A stretch of 64,000 nt of DNA from Piromyces finnis finn (lineage: Eukaryota; Fungi; Neocallimastigomycota): assembly GCA_002104945.1 (NCBI GenBank), contig MCFH01000087.1, positions 62,001 to 126,000 on the forward strand, given 5' to 3'. Below the pieces are notes generated by a model, which saw only the letters and a list, made by a program, of their open reading frames with translations, was not told the origin of the DNA and searched no databases. This document shows positions 1-11,542 of this stretch, piece by piece (position 1 is the stretch's first letter; every line of letters begins with the position of its first letter). The translations under genes and the position numbers were made by a program.

Positions 1-560
1 GTCTTTTTCAAATAATTTTATTCTTCATTTATATCCACATTAATTAAAGCTTACTTAAGGTTTATTATTATTTAAAGTTTATTTTCTGATACTTTTATTC
101 CATTATCCACATATTATTTTGAAATTTTTAAAGGCTTTCAGAAGAGCAGGGCAGTTGGGATATAATGTTTTTCTATATGAGTGAAATATACATTATAATT
201 TTATTATTTTATAATATATAATTGGTATATATTATAATTGATTATGGATTTATAATTGAATTATATTATAATGTTTTTGTATTATAATACTGATTTTATT
301 TTAAATAATTTGAATATTTAAAATTTTGATATTAATGTTATTTATTTAATTATTGGAATTAAATATTTGTGAAAAATTTTTTTTAATATATATTAATAAT
401 ATATTGGAATATATTAATATATATTGTTGAAGTATTGTTAATTCCGATTTTAATTAATTTTGAAATTAATTAAATTTGAAGTAGCAGTAGTTTCCTATGG
501 GGAACAGAGAGGTTCGCGTAATTCCCTCCGGCCTTAAGACTAGCTACGCAGTAGATTTTT

Positions 561-573
561 GGATTCTCCACCA
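561..573 (-). promoter_or_regulatory. Primer-binding site of LTR element D (body lies left of here or off-window); tRNA-Ala-like
   Basis: Minus strand reads TATCA-AA-TGGTGGAGAATCC followed by a GC-rich leader. The complement ...UUCUCCACCA fits a tRNA 3' end with A73 and U70 (Ala-like). Same PBS core as element A. Confidence 0.6.
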
Positions 574-575
574 TT

Positions 576-1138
576 TGATACGTAGTTAAATATTATCTTT
601 ATTCTATAAATGAATATAGAAAGTGATAATATTTGTATCTAAAAAAAAATGTTTAATAAATAAAAATAAAGAAAATAAAAATAAATGATTTTTATACTTG
701 TTCATTTTCAAGTATTAGTTAGTTTTATAAAATAATGTTTATTTAATTATAAATTTTGATATTTAATAACTCTAGTATTATTAAATATATATATATTTTG
801 TTATTAATACATCTCGGTATGTATATGAATATAATTATAAGTATTATTTTAATAAATTTAATATTATTATCTAATTTTGACGGATTATTAGGAACATTTT
901 TTAAAAATAAGTAATTCTATCACTATTTATACAAAATTATTATTTTAAGATATAATTATAAACAAATATAAACTATTTAATTTAAAAAGAAATAAACAAT
1001 TAAATAAACAAAAAGTTTACGTTTATAATTTTTAATTTAATAATTTTATACATGTTAAATATTTTAAATTTTTATCTATATTTTAATTATTATTATTATT
1101 ATTATTAATTTATAATTTATAAATTTAATTATTTATCA
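576..1138 (-). repeat. Putative 5' LTR of element D
   Basis: Begins TGATA next to the PBS. The right end is a guess at a TTATCA at 1133-1138, and no partner LTR is in the window. Confidence 0.3.
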
Positions 1139-2635
1139 GAATGATGTTTTTGTGTCCAATTTATGGACACCCCGAGGGTTAGGTACTTACCTGTGTTTTT
1201 CATTTCTAGCTCGAAAATAAATTCTTTTAATAAATTAAAGAATTTATTATATAAAATATGGTTATAATGAATTTTAAAATTTAAAAATAATGAATTTTTA
1301 TTGCTAAACTATTAAAAAATAATTATTTTTAATAATAAATTTACTTCTTTTAAATATAATATTTGAATATTATATAAAATATTGTAAATAATTATTATTA
1401 AACAATAATTTAAATAAATAAAATATGTTTTTTAAGAATTTTTAATAACACTAACCTAATTAAAACTAAGCTAACGTAAGAACTAACTATAAAGCGTTAG
1501 TATTGTAAAAGGTTTTTATATATGTTAGTTAATAAGTTAAATATAACAAGTTAATTAAGTTAGTTATTACCTCTCTATACGAGTTAATAACTAAATAAAG
1601 TTTTATAAAAAATAATAAAAGACCTAAAATAAATATTATAACACTAAAATAAATATAAACACTTATATAAATATTTTATGAAATAACTTTTACTTAATAA
1701 TTATATTTTAATTATATCTTTTATTTATTAATTATAATTATCTACATTAATTATTATTATAGTTATTAATTTACTTTAATACTAACGCTAAAGTATTTAA
1801 CGTTAGTTTTGACTATACTATTTAACTATATGAGTTTATTTTCTTTACCACTTGATTGGGTAAAGCAAATAAACTTCCTATTTAATTAATAACCATTAAT
1901 ATATGGTTATGCATATATTTGGCCAATAAATGGTGACCAGAATATATGGTTTGTTAAGGATTTAAGGTGATTTGAGGTAAGTTAGGTCAGAATGCCCTAA
2001 CCCTACTTATTAAATTAAGATAAATTATGTTTTTTTTTTTCAAACTTTTATTTATTAATAAATTTATTAATACATTTTATTAATCAAATATGTTATTAAT
2101 CATTAAGTAGAGTTATAAAACTTAATGATTTCTCAAAAAATTAAATTGTTGAATTAATTTCGAGTATTTATAATTTTTTAAATCAATTAATAAATAATTA
2201 TTCTATTTAATAAAGTTACATTAATTATAAAATACATGATTCCAATTTTAATATAATTAACTATTCTATAAATTAAAATATATTAAATATTTATATAATG
2301 ACTTTAAGCTTATGACTTATCTTTATTACTTGCTTAAGTCATTTTGATCATTTGAGGGAGGAATGACTAACTATTTCATTTATTTAAATTTCCTTCCACA
2401 TCAAATGAATAAAGAGATATTATTTAAACTTTAATAAATATAAAGTCTTAATAATTATAATTAATAAATATCTCTAAAAATATTATTAAATAATGTTTTT
2501 ATAAAATATTATTTCTTATTAATTAAATGAATAAAACATTATTTAAATAAATTATCATGAATTCACTAATATTCATGACATGGTTTCAATTGAAATATTT
2601 GTGGGCAAACTTATGGCCACAAATATTTCTTACAA

Positions 2636-3256
2636 TGATAAATAATAATTATAAATATATTATAAATTTGATATTAGTAGAAAATTTTATTATAAAATAA
2701 TTATTAAATAATTTTATATAGTTTATTATAAAAATATAATTTACATAAAATCAAATATTTTATAAATTTATATATTTGATTGGGTTAAATTATAAAAATA
2801 ATTTTTAATATAAAGAATAATAATAATTTTTAGTAGAAAATAAGAAGACTTAGATTATTAATAATAAGTTAAATTTTAATAATAGTTAATATAATTAATT
2901 AGTGAATACATAATAATATTTAAAAGACAAAAATAAGTTTTTATATAATAAAAATTATTGTTAAAAAGAGCGTAAAAACAATAAATAAAAGAAAATATAA
3001 AAACGAAATTAAACTTGTCTAATTTGTAATTATTGTGTTAATAATAAATAATATTTTATAGAATAAATCTGGTGTTATTATTCTATATAAATATTATTAA
3101 AATAATAAAACTATTAAAACTATAAAATAACTTAAAATAAATTAATAAAACTAGTAGATATTGTTAAAGCTCGTACAATAGCTGTCGAGATAAAACAATA
3201 TAAGATAACAGAAGAAGTAGTTAAAAAGTTATAATATAACTACCAATCCGTTATCA
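2636..3256 (+). repeat. 5' LTR of element A
   Basis: TGATA...TTATCA. Matches 14225-14845 with at least one substitution (GTAAAAAC vs GTAAGAAC). Confidence 0.93.
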
Positions 3257-3258
3257 AG

Positions 3259-3270
3259 TGGTGGAGAACC
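3259..3270 (+). promoter_or_regulatory. PBS of element A (tRNA-Ala-like)
   Basis: TGGTGGAGAACC, 2 nt after the LTR end. Confidence 0.75.
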
Positions 3271-3356
3271 TCAGTCGTCCCGTGGGAAAGCCGAAAATTT
3301 AAATAATTCCTATTAATTAGTATATTTAGTATAATTATCTTATTTATTTACTAAAT

Positions 3357-4208
3357 ATGACTGAAAATAAAAACAATTTTGAAAGAGCCGCTAGTATGGC
3401 TAAAGAAATAAGCCCTCTTGGCAAGAAAGATACTAAGTTCTTCAGATGGAAAATGGAACTTGAAGATATCTTAGAAGACTTAGCTCTTTCTGAAAAAGAA
3501 AAGAAGAGAATTGCTTTGCTTGCTACTACCGGTAACTCAAAGGATCTTTGTAGTGATATTTATTATGAAGATAGATCCCTATCTTATAATGAATTTATCA
3601 ATAAAATATCTAACTTATTTGAGGATGATAAAACCTCTAATAGAAACCTAAATAAGTTAGAAAAAATAAAAGTAAACAAAAGCTCTGTTAGAGAATTTAA
3701 CCGTTCTTTTAACGACCTTTTGAAAGAAATTAAAGAAAGGGACAAGCCTTCTGAAGAAAGACTTGTTTTTCTTTATACAAAAGCTTTTAATAGGAGAACT
3801 TCTATATTAAATTCTCTTATTAACAAACAACCAAAAACTTTAAAGGATGCTATGGTCATTGCTATTAAAGCAGATGAGCTTCTATCTGCTTATGAAAGTG
3901 ATGATGAATATGTACCCAATAAAAGAACTCAAAACAAAAATAATTATTAAGAGAAAAATAGAAGTTGAAGATAAAACCTCTTATAATAATAACGAAAATA
4001 ATAGTAGTACTGATAATGAAAAGACTACTAAAGAAGAAGCTAAAGAATCAGATCTGGATGCTTTGACCAAAAGCTTTGCCCAGATGAAAATTCATATCTG
4101 CACCGTTGTAACCAGAAAGGACATGATGCCCGCTTCTGCCCAAACGAAATGACCGATGTGAACAAAATCATAGCTACCCTCCTCAAAACCCAAAACCATT
4201 TAAATTAA
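3357..4208 (+). pseudogene. Element A gag, broken by two frameshifts
   Basis: Capsid-like ORF 3357-3950 continues in another frame (3847-4152). The CCHC knuckle C-HR-C-NQKG-H-DARF-C is restored only after a 1-nt shift at about 4098. Ends ...QNHLN-stop at 4208. Confidence 0.8.
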
Positions 4209-4433
4209 ATGGGGGAAGTTCTCAATCTTCCCCTTCTAACTCCAAAATTGATAATAACCAAACCCACAACATCAACAACATTAATGAGCAAATCTATGTT
4301 GATGATACACGTGATTCCCATAAAACAAAAAAATTTCCAAATTCTAAAGAAAAATTCTCTGACCCTTTGGTGGATGATCCAATCAATGAAAATGATAAGG
4401 ATTATGTTAAACGTGATCACGTGACAAATACAG

Positions 4434-5003
4434 TGATATGAAATTAATATGTCTAGCTACATATTAGCCAATATTTAAAATAATTTTTATTATTTAAAAT
4501 ATTCAATTTCATCTTTAGAAATTTATATATAATATTTCATAATAATAATATAATAATTGATATATATTATAATACATTATTTATATATTAGTTATAGAAT
4601 TCATGTACATATTTCATTATATTCTTAAATATTAATATTATATATTAGTATTAATTTTATTGTAATACTTATTTGTATTACATTACCTTTCCTTATATAG
4701 TAATATTTCATATAAAATGTAAAATATATAATATTATATCCTATTTAATTATTATTCATATATTATGAATACATTACATTATATAATTGATATTCAATTA
4801 TAGGAATTTTATAATATAAAAATATTCATGTAAAAATAATTAATAATTAGAAAGGGAAGAGCTTTAATAATTAATAAGAAAATATTATAAGTGAAATTAT
4901 TAATAAGAGAGAAGTTAATAGTAATAAAATATTTTTCACCTAATATAATAAATTATAAATAAACTAATATTAAATTACTACAACATAAAAGAAACTTATA
5001 TCA
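4434..5003 (+). repeat. 5' LTR of element B
   Basis: TGATATG...TATATCA. No difference from 11543-12112 seen by eye. Confidence 0.95.
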
Positions 5004-5006
5004 AAT

Positions 5007-5025
5007 TGGTGCGAAGTGTGAGGTT
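5007..5025 (+). promoter_or_regulatory. PBS of element B (19 nt, complementary to a tRNA 3' end; isotype uncertain, Phe/Gly-like acceptor)
   Basis: The complement of TGGTGCGAAGTGTGAGGTT is AAC-CUCAC-ACUUCGC-ACCA, i.e. T-loop end, T-stem 3' side, acceptor stem and ACCA. Confidence 0.75.
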
Positions 5026-5842
5026 GTAGAATAAAAGATATTAATATTAGTTAATTAAATCTATAATATAGGTGAATTTAATTATTTAGTTTGAGTGTTT
5101 TATTATTAAGTGGAAAATAAACGCGATATTATTGAATTGAATTAATTGTTATTTTTATTTTCTTTATTTTACCTTTGTATTTTGTGAAATTTAGAGTATT
5201 TACTTTAGTCAAGTTATATTCTAATATCCACAAGAATATTATTATTAATACAATTTTATTATTTTTATATAATTGAATAAGAGAAACTGGGGAAATCGGA
5301 CCAGAATAAAAACGATTAATCTTTTATTCATATATGTTTATTAGTTGGTAGATTATTTATTTTATTTTTATTCAATAGTTTGAAAAGTTTTATGTTATAT
5401 TACTATATAACATTATATTATATATAAAGAATTTTATATTTAAGAATTATTATTACATATTTTATAATATTTTTACTTATTTTATAATATCTGATTAAGC
5501 TTACTACCAACTATATTAGTTATAGTGAGTTTTATTTTAAAGAAATTTTCATATTATTTTAAGTGAATTAAAATATTGTATTCTCTTACTTATTTTAATT
5601 CTAATTATTTTATAATTATCATTATCTAAGTGAATTAAAATATTGTATCTTCTTACTTATTTTAATTCTAACTATTTTAATTATTTTATTTTATTTTATT
5701 TTATTTAAAGAGAATTAAAATATTGTATTATTTACATTATTTTAATCTTATAATTAAGAATTACATTTATTTTTATTTTATTTTTTTTTTTTATTTCATA
5801 TAATATTACCAATTAATTATTTATTCTATTTTCAATTCAATA

Positions 5843-6772
5843 ATGGGTGAATTTAAAATTCCACTTCCAACAATTGGAGGAACTAACCAAGATGTAGATA
5901 CCTGGGTGGATCTTTTAGAAAATTGGTTAGCTATAGAAAAGGTAGCTAATGAAGATATCTACCGTTATATTTTGGCTAGTACGCGTGAAGAAGCTACCAA
6001 AGCGATTCTGGAACATAGGAGAAAAGTAAATAGAGACTTATCTCTTAATGAATGTAAAGTAATACTTATGAAGAAATATCATTCAAACAATGATAAAGCT
6101 GCCAAATTTAGGAAATTAAAAATGTTAAAAATTGAAGTTAATGAAAATGTATTAGAATTTGATAAAAAGTTTATGAAGCTTTATGATGATCTGCCAGATG
6201 AATTCAAAGACAAGATTTCTGTGTATGACTATGAATTCGCTCTAGTTGCACAAGATGATGTTTATGAAAAGGTTGCATTCGCAGATCCAAAATCAATTGA
6301 AGATGCTATGGGGATTGCTGAAAGATATTATGAAATTCATAATGGTCCAAATCTTAGAGCTAGTACTTCGTCTATGAACTACCGTCGTACTAATAATAAC
6401 AATTATAATAATTCGAATTATACTTATAGTAGGCCTAGATATTCGAATAATTACAATAATTACAATCCTCCACATAATATTAAAGTAAATAATAATGTTA
6501 ATAATAATAGTAATAATAATGGTAATAATGTTAATTATAGTAAAAGCTATAATAGTATGAATAATGGTGCTAGTACACAATATTCTAATATATCAAATTC
6601 TAATAATAATACAAGATTAACTACTAGCATTAATAATCAAAATGATGAAATGAATGATTTGATTAACGGAATGCAGAACTTACACATAAAGACCTGTTAT
6701 TTCTGCCATGAACCAGGTCATATTGCCAGATTTTGCCCACACATGAACTCTACATATTATACAAAAAACTAG
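5843..6772 (+). CDS. gag: Element B Gag with N/Y-rich region and CCHC knuckle
   Basis: 309-aa ORF containing CYFCHEPGHIARFC. Confidence 0.9.
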   Translation: MGEFKIPLPTIGGTNQDVDTWVDLLENWLAIEKVANEDIYRYILASTREEATKAILEHRRKVNRDLSLNECKVILMKKYHSNNDKAAKFRKLKMLKIEVNENVLEFDKKFMKLYDDLPDEFKDKISVYDYEFALVAQDDVYEKVAFADPKSIEDAMGIAERYYEIHNGPNLRASTSSMNYRRTNNNNYNNSNYTYSRPRYSNNYNNYNPPHNIKVNNNVNNNSNNNGNNVNYSKSYNSMNNGASTQYSNISNSNNNTRLTTSINNQNDEMNDLINGMQNLHIKTCYFCHEPGHIARFCPHMNSTYYTKN

Positions 6773-9700
6773 GTTATGGAAGAGGGCAAACTTCCGTTAA
6801 TCAAACTGCCAACACTAATAATAACTATTACTATAATAATAATAATACAATGAATCCCGATGTTACAGCAACTACTTATTCACCTAATTATGAAGCTATT
6901 GTTGCTGCAGCTAAAAGACATCGAGATGAGAAATTAAAAGCTAAAAATCCATATTCCAGAATTCCTAATACAGAAAGAGAAAAGAATAATTTTAAAAATA
7001 TTAATACTAATATTAACACTAATAATAACATTAATAATATGAATAAAACTAATTTAAATAATAATATGAATAATAACAATTTTAATAATATGAATAGCAA
7101 TATGACAAATGAAAATAATTTTAACAATAATATTAGTAATAATTTTGATGATATCTATAATAATAATTTTAATACCAATAATAATACTAATAATTCTAGT
7201 AATAATTTTAACAATAATAATTTAAATAATAATGATAATAATAATATTAATAACAATATCAATATCAATAATAAAAATAATTATAGCAATATTAAAGATA
7301 ACACTTCGGATAATAATAATAATGAAAAAGATATAAATAATAATATAAAATTGAATAATAATATTAATGATAATTCAATTGATAAGAATAATAAAACCAG
7401 GAAAGTAAATTTTAAATTAGAAAATGAAGATAAATCAAAGAAAAATAAGACTACTAGTTTAAATACCGATATAGATATGAAAGAAGCTAATAAGGTAAAG
7501 AAAACGCGTAAAAACACGCGTATAAATGAAGAATCCACTTTGGAAAATATATTACCTAGTGATAATTCTAATAGTATAAAAACAAAAACTTCAATCCAAA
7601 TGCTAAAAGATTCAGAAGAATATAATATATGTACCGATTTATTAAATACTCCAGCTAATATTACTTTTGGACAACTTTTAGGTGTTAGTAAAACGTCCAA
7701 AGCTGAATTAATTAAGGGATTAAAGAATTTAAAGTTGGATAATATTACTATTAGTACCACTGAAGTTGATGAAAATAATAATAATTTGTATAAATTAAAT
7801 AATAATTTCATTAATATCGATGGAAGAACCAAAGTAAACGATCATGATGTTGCAGTTGTTCATGGTACAATCAATTCCCATTCAGCAGCTATATTTATTG
7901 ATGCATGTAGTAATACAAATTTAATTACGCGCTCCTTTTTAGATAATAAAATTAAAGATTTTGAAATTGTAGGACAAATTAGAGGAAGAATAAGACAAGC
8001 AATGGTTGATGATGTTGCTAGAGTATATGATCTAGTGAAACTTCATGTAAAAATAGGCAAAATTGAATTTGATTCTATATTTAGAATATCAGATAAAAAC
8101 GATTCATTTTATGATGCTATTATTGGATTTAAAACACAAAATGAAAATCGCATTATGATTGATACAGTTGATAAAACATTAATTTTGAAATCTTCTGATA
8201 ATAAATTTATTCCTATTGTTGATGTTGAAGATATTTCTATATTTCAATCCCAAGCTCTTTCTTGCTATTCCAATGATGTAGAAGATATTTATTTTGATTA
8301 TGAAGATATAACCGCTAGTACTATTTTAGCTGTAGTTGAAGAAAATAGATCTAACAAAATAGAAAATAATAATAATAATAAAATGGATATTATTAATAAT
8401 ATAATTTCTAATATCAAAGTTGATAACGATGTTGATAAAAATTTATTTAGTTCTCTTCTTAAAAATTTTAATGATGTTATTGCTGTATCTTCTGATGATT
8501 TGGAACCATCAAATTTGTTACCACACCACATTATTTTGGAGGATAATGTGCGCCCTATTAAACAAAAAGCTTATAATATTTCACAAGTTCAATTATCAGG
8601 TTTAAAAGAAGAATTAGAAAAACTAATTAATAAAGGTCTAATTGAACCGTCTCATTCTCCGTGGGCTTCTCCAGTGGTTATGGTTAAGAAGAAAAATGGA
8701 AAATGGCGCCTTTGCATTGATTTTAGAAAATTAAATAATGTAACTGTTAAAGATGCATACGCCCTACCTAAAATCAAAGAAATTTTTGACTCACTTAAAG
8801 ATTCAAAAATCTTTTCAACAATCGATTTATTTAGTGGATATCATCAAATTCCTATGTTCAAAGAAGATATGGATAAAACTTCTTTTACCACTAAATTTGG
8901 TAACTATTATTTTAAAGTTATGCCTTTTGGATTAACTAATGCTCCTGCCACTTTTCAGCGCGAAATGAATCGTATCTTTTTCGATTTAATTAATGAATGT
9001 GTTCAAATATATTTAGATGATATTATTATTTATTCTCCTAGTTTTGAAAATCATATTAATGACTTAAGAAAAGTTTTTACTATTTTACGTAATAACAAAT
9101 TAAAGTTAAATATTGAGAAATGTTCTTTTTGTCAACTTGAAATAGAGGCTTTAGGTCATCGGGTTACTATTGATGGTTTACTTCCTTTGGAAAAGAAAGT
9201 CGCATCTATTAAAGAAATGAACCCACCACGAGATATTTCTGAACTACGTTCATTTTTAGGTATGACTAGTTATTACAGAAATTTTATTGAAAATTATTCT
9301 GCTATTGCAGCTCCTCTTTGCAAACTATTAAAGAAAAAAATTAAATATGAATGGACAGAAATTCAAGAACAAAGTTTCAGAAATCTGATATATTGCCTAG
9401 TTAATGCACCAATTCTTTGTTTTCCTAAATTTGATGTTCCTTTTATAATTAGATCTGATGCTTGTGGATATGGAATTGGTGGTGTTTTACTACAGTTATA
9501 TGATGACAATATTGAGCATCCAGTTTATTTTGTTAGTAGAAGTATTAAGAAAACGGAAGAAAATTATACCACTACTGAATTAGAAGGTACTGCTGCTTAT
9601 TATTGTCTTTTACAATTTGAACCATATATTCTAGGGAATCCATTTCAAACCATTCTTTATACTGATCATGAACCTTTAGTTCCCATCATTAAGAAAGGAG

Positions 9701-11196
9701 AACCGAATACAAAGAAACATCAACGCTGGTGTGATAAATTTAGTCAATTAAAAGTTAATATTATTTATCAACCAGGAAAAGCTAATAAAATTGCTGATGC
9801 TTTATCCAGAATAACTTTGAAAGAGAATTTAATTGTTAACACTACTATTTCTGATGGTAATGACAATAATAATAAAGATGAGAATAATAGTAACATTAAT
9901 AAGCTTATTGCTAATAATTTGGATAATTTGGAAATTAATAATAATAATAATAATAATGATAATAATAATAATAATATCAATAATATCGATATTTCCAACA
10001 AAACCAATAGTTCCAATTTTACCGAGGAGGAGAACGAAAAATTTGTTTCCGATTTTATGAAAAAATTTTTAAATGATAAAATTGTCACTATTGACAATAA
10101 ATTATATTTCAAGGATAATAATAATTTTAGGGAGATTATTGATGACCCTTACACTAAAATTAAAATAATTGCAAAAGAGCATAGAATTGGACATGAAGGA
10201 GTACAGAAAACTTATGAAAGAATCAAAAACAAATTTTATTGGAAAAATTTAATCATTGATGTAAAAAAATATGTCTCCTTATGTAAAATATGTCAGTTAA
10301 ATAAATCTGAGCCATTACCAAAGCCGACAGAAAAGTTTAGAACTCCTGTAGAAGCACCCTTTGTCAGACTTGGTCTTGATATTATAGGTCCATTAAGAGA
10401 AACCACACTTGGGAATAAATATATAATGGTATGTGTGGATTACTTTACAAAATGGGTGGAAGCAAAACCAGTTAGAACTACTACTTCTCAAGACGTAACT
10501 AATTTCTTAGTTGAAGTATTTAGTAGGCATGGAACTCCACAATTAATAATAACAGATAATGGTGTACAATTTGTTTCAGAGTACACAAAAATATTTGTAG
10601 ATCTTTATGATGTATACATTCATTTCATTAGTACATACCATCCGGAATCTAATGGACTGGTGGAAAACAGAAACAGAGAAATTGGTAAGCAATTAAGAAA
10701 TTTCTCTGATAACAATGAAAACTGGGATGTATTGTTACCAATTGCATTATGGGCTATTCGAACTTGTAAATCTGTTTCTACTGGTTATTCAAGTTTTGAA
10801 CTCTTGTATGGAAGATCAGAAAATATTCCAATTGATATAAATATAAGAAATTCAATATTAAGTATAGAAGAAAGATCAATAGAAGAATTATTAATGGAAA
10901 GATTTATAGACCACGCCAAATGGGTAAAACAAGCTGCCAGTAAAATGCTAGGGACGATAAATTATTGGAAAAGTAGAAGATTAGCTCAACAAAGTATGAA
11001 CAATAAAAATAACTACAAAATAGGGGATAAGGTAAAGATTAGGAACCAACAAAGAAACAAGTTAGAACCCTATTTTATTGGTCCTTTTATTATTAGAGAA
11101 ATATCTTGGAACACAGCTAAATTACAAGATGAACTGACGGGACAATATTTAGAAAGAAATGTCCATTTTAAAAATATATTACCATTCAGGGAGTAG
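6763..11196 (+). CDS. pol: Element B Pol (protease, RT, RNase H, integrase), -1 frame relative to gag
   Basis: IFIDACS protease; IDLFSGYHQI and YLDD (RT); RSDACGYGIGGVL (RH); HRIGH...CKIC, GLDII, TDNG, VENRNRE (IN); GPF motif. Confidence 0.95.
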   Translation, partial: KKLGYGRGQTSVNQTANTNNNYYYNNNNTMNPDVTATTYSPNYEAIVAAAKRHRDEKLKAKNPYSRIPNTEREKNNFKNINTNINTNNNINNMNKTNLNNNMNNNNFNNMNSNMTNENNFNNNISNNFDDIYNNNFNTNNNTNNSSNNFNNNNLNNNDNNNINNNININNKNNYSNIKDNTSDNNNNEKDINNNIKLNNNINDNSIDKNNKTRKVNFKLENEDKSKKNKTTSLNTDIDMKEANKVKKTRKNTRINEESTLENILPSDNSNSIKTKTSIQMLKDSEEYNICTDLLNTPANITFGQLLGVSKTSKAELIKGLKNLKLDNITISTTEVDENNNNLYKLNNNFINIDGRTKVNDHDVAVVHGTINSHSAAIFIDACSNTNLITRSFLDNKIKDFEIVGQIRGRIRQAMVDDVARVYDLVKLHVKIGKIEFDSIFRISDKNDSFYDAIIGFKTQNENRIMIDTVDKTLILKSSDNKFIPIVDVEDISIFQSQALSCYSNDVEDIYFDYEDITASTILAVVEENRSNKIENNNNNKMDIINNIISNIKVDNDVDKNLFSSLLKNFNDVIAVSSDDLEPSNLLPHHIILEDNVRPIKQKAYNISQVQLSGLKEELEKLINKGLIEPSHSPWASPVVMVKKKNGKWRLCIDFRKLNNVTVKDAYALPKIKEIFDSLKDSKIFSTIDLFSGYHQIPMFKEDMDKTSFTTKFGNYYFKVMPFGLTNAPATFQREMNRIFFDLINECVQIYLDDIIIYSPSFENHINDLRKVFTILRNNKLKLNIEKCSFCQLEIEALGHRVTIDGLLPLEKKVASIKEMNPPRDISELRSFLGMTSYYRNFIENYSAIAAPLCKLLKKKIKYEWTEIQEQSFRNLIYCLVNAPILCFPKFDVPFIIRSDACGYGIGGVLLQLYDDNIEHPVYFVSRSIKKTEENYTTTELEGTAAYYCLLQFEPYILGNPFQTILYTDHEPLVPIIKKGEPNTKKHQRWCDKFSQLKVNIIYQPGKANKIADALSRITLKENLIVNTTISDGNDNNNKDENNSNINKLIANNLDNLEINNNNNNNDNNNNNINNIDISNKTNSSNFTEEENEKFVSDFMKKFLNDKIVTIDNKLYFKDNNNFREIIDDPYTKIKIIAKEHRIGHEGVQKTYERIKNKFYWKNLIIDVKKYVSLCKICQLNKSEPLPKPTEKFRTPVEAPFVRLGLDIIGPLRETTLGNKYIMVCVDYFTKWVEAKPVRTTTSQDVTNFLVEVFSRHGTPQLIITDNGVQFVSEYTKIFVDLYDVYIHFISTYHPESNGLVENRNREIGKQLRNFSDNNENWDVLLPIALWAIRTCKSVSTGYSSFELLYGRSENIPIDINIRNSILSIEERSIEELLMERFIDHAKWVKQAASKMLGTINYWKSRRLAQQSMNNKNNYKIGDKVKIRNQQRNKLEPYFIGPFIIREISWNTAKLQDELTGQYLERNVHFKNILPFRE

Positions 11197-11542
11197 AAAT
11201 AAAATGAAATAAAATTATAAATGTATTAAAATATATATATACTAACTATATAAGTATATAATTATAATAATAAGTAAGAGGAAGATTGATAACTTAGTAG
11301 ATTAATAATTATATTAATTATTAATAATAATAGAAAGATATATACATATATATATAAACAAAACAAAAAAAAAAAAAAAAAAAAAATTTTTAAATATAAA
11401 AATTTTTATAAAAATTTTTAATTTTTTTTTATATAATTATAAAAATATTTCAATATAAATTTTATTAAATTATTTCGCATATAATTATTTTAATTATATC
11501 AAATAATTAATAATTATAGCTCAATTCTAGCAGGGAAGTTTC

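Noticed and set aside
1185-1194. TACTTACCTG, resembling the U1 snRNA 5' end
   Set aside because: The following sequence has no U1 stems or Sm site; it is more likely a chance match or an antisense splice-donor motif.
1994-2008. Telomere-like CCCTAACCCTA
   Set aside because: Only two units; expected by chance.
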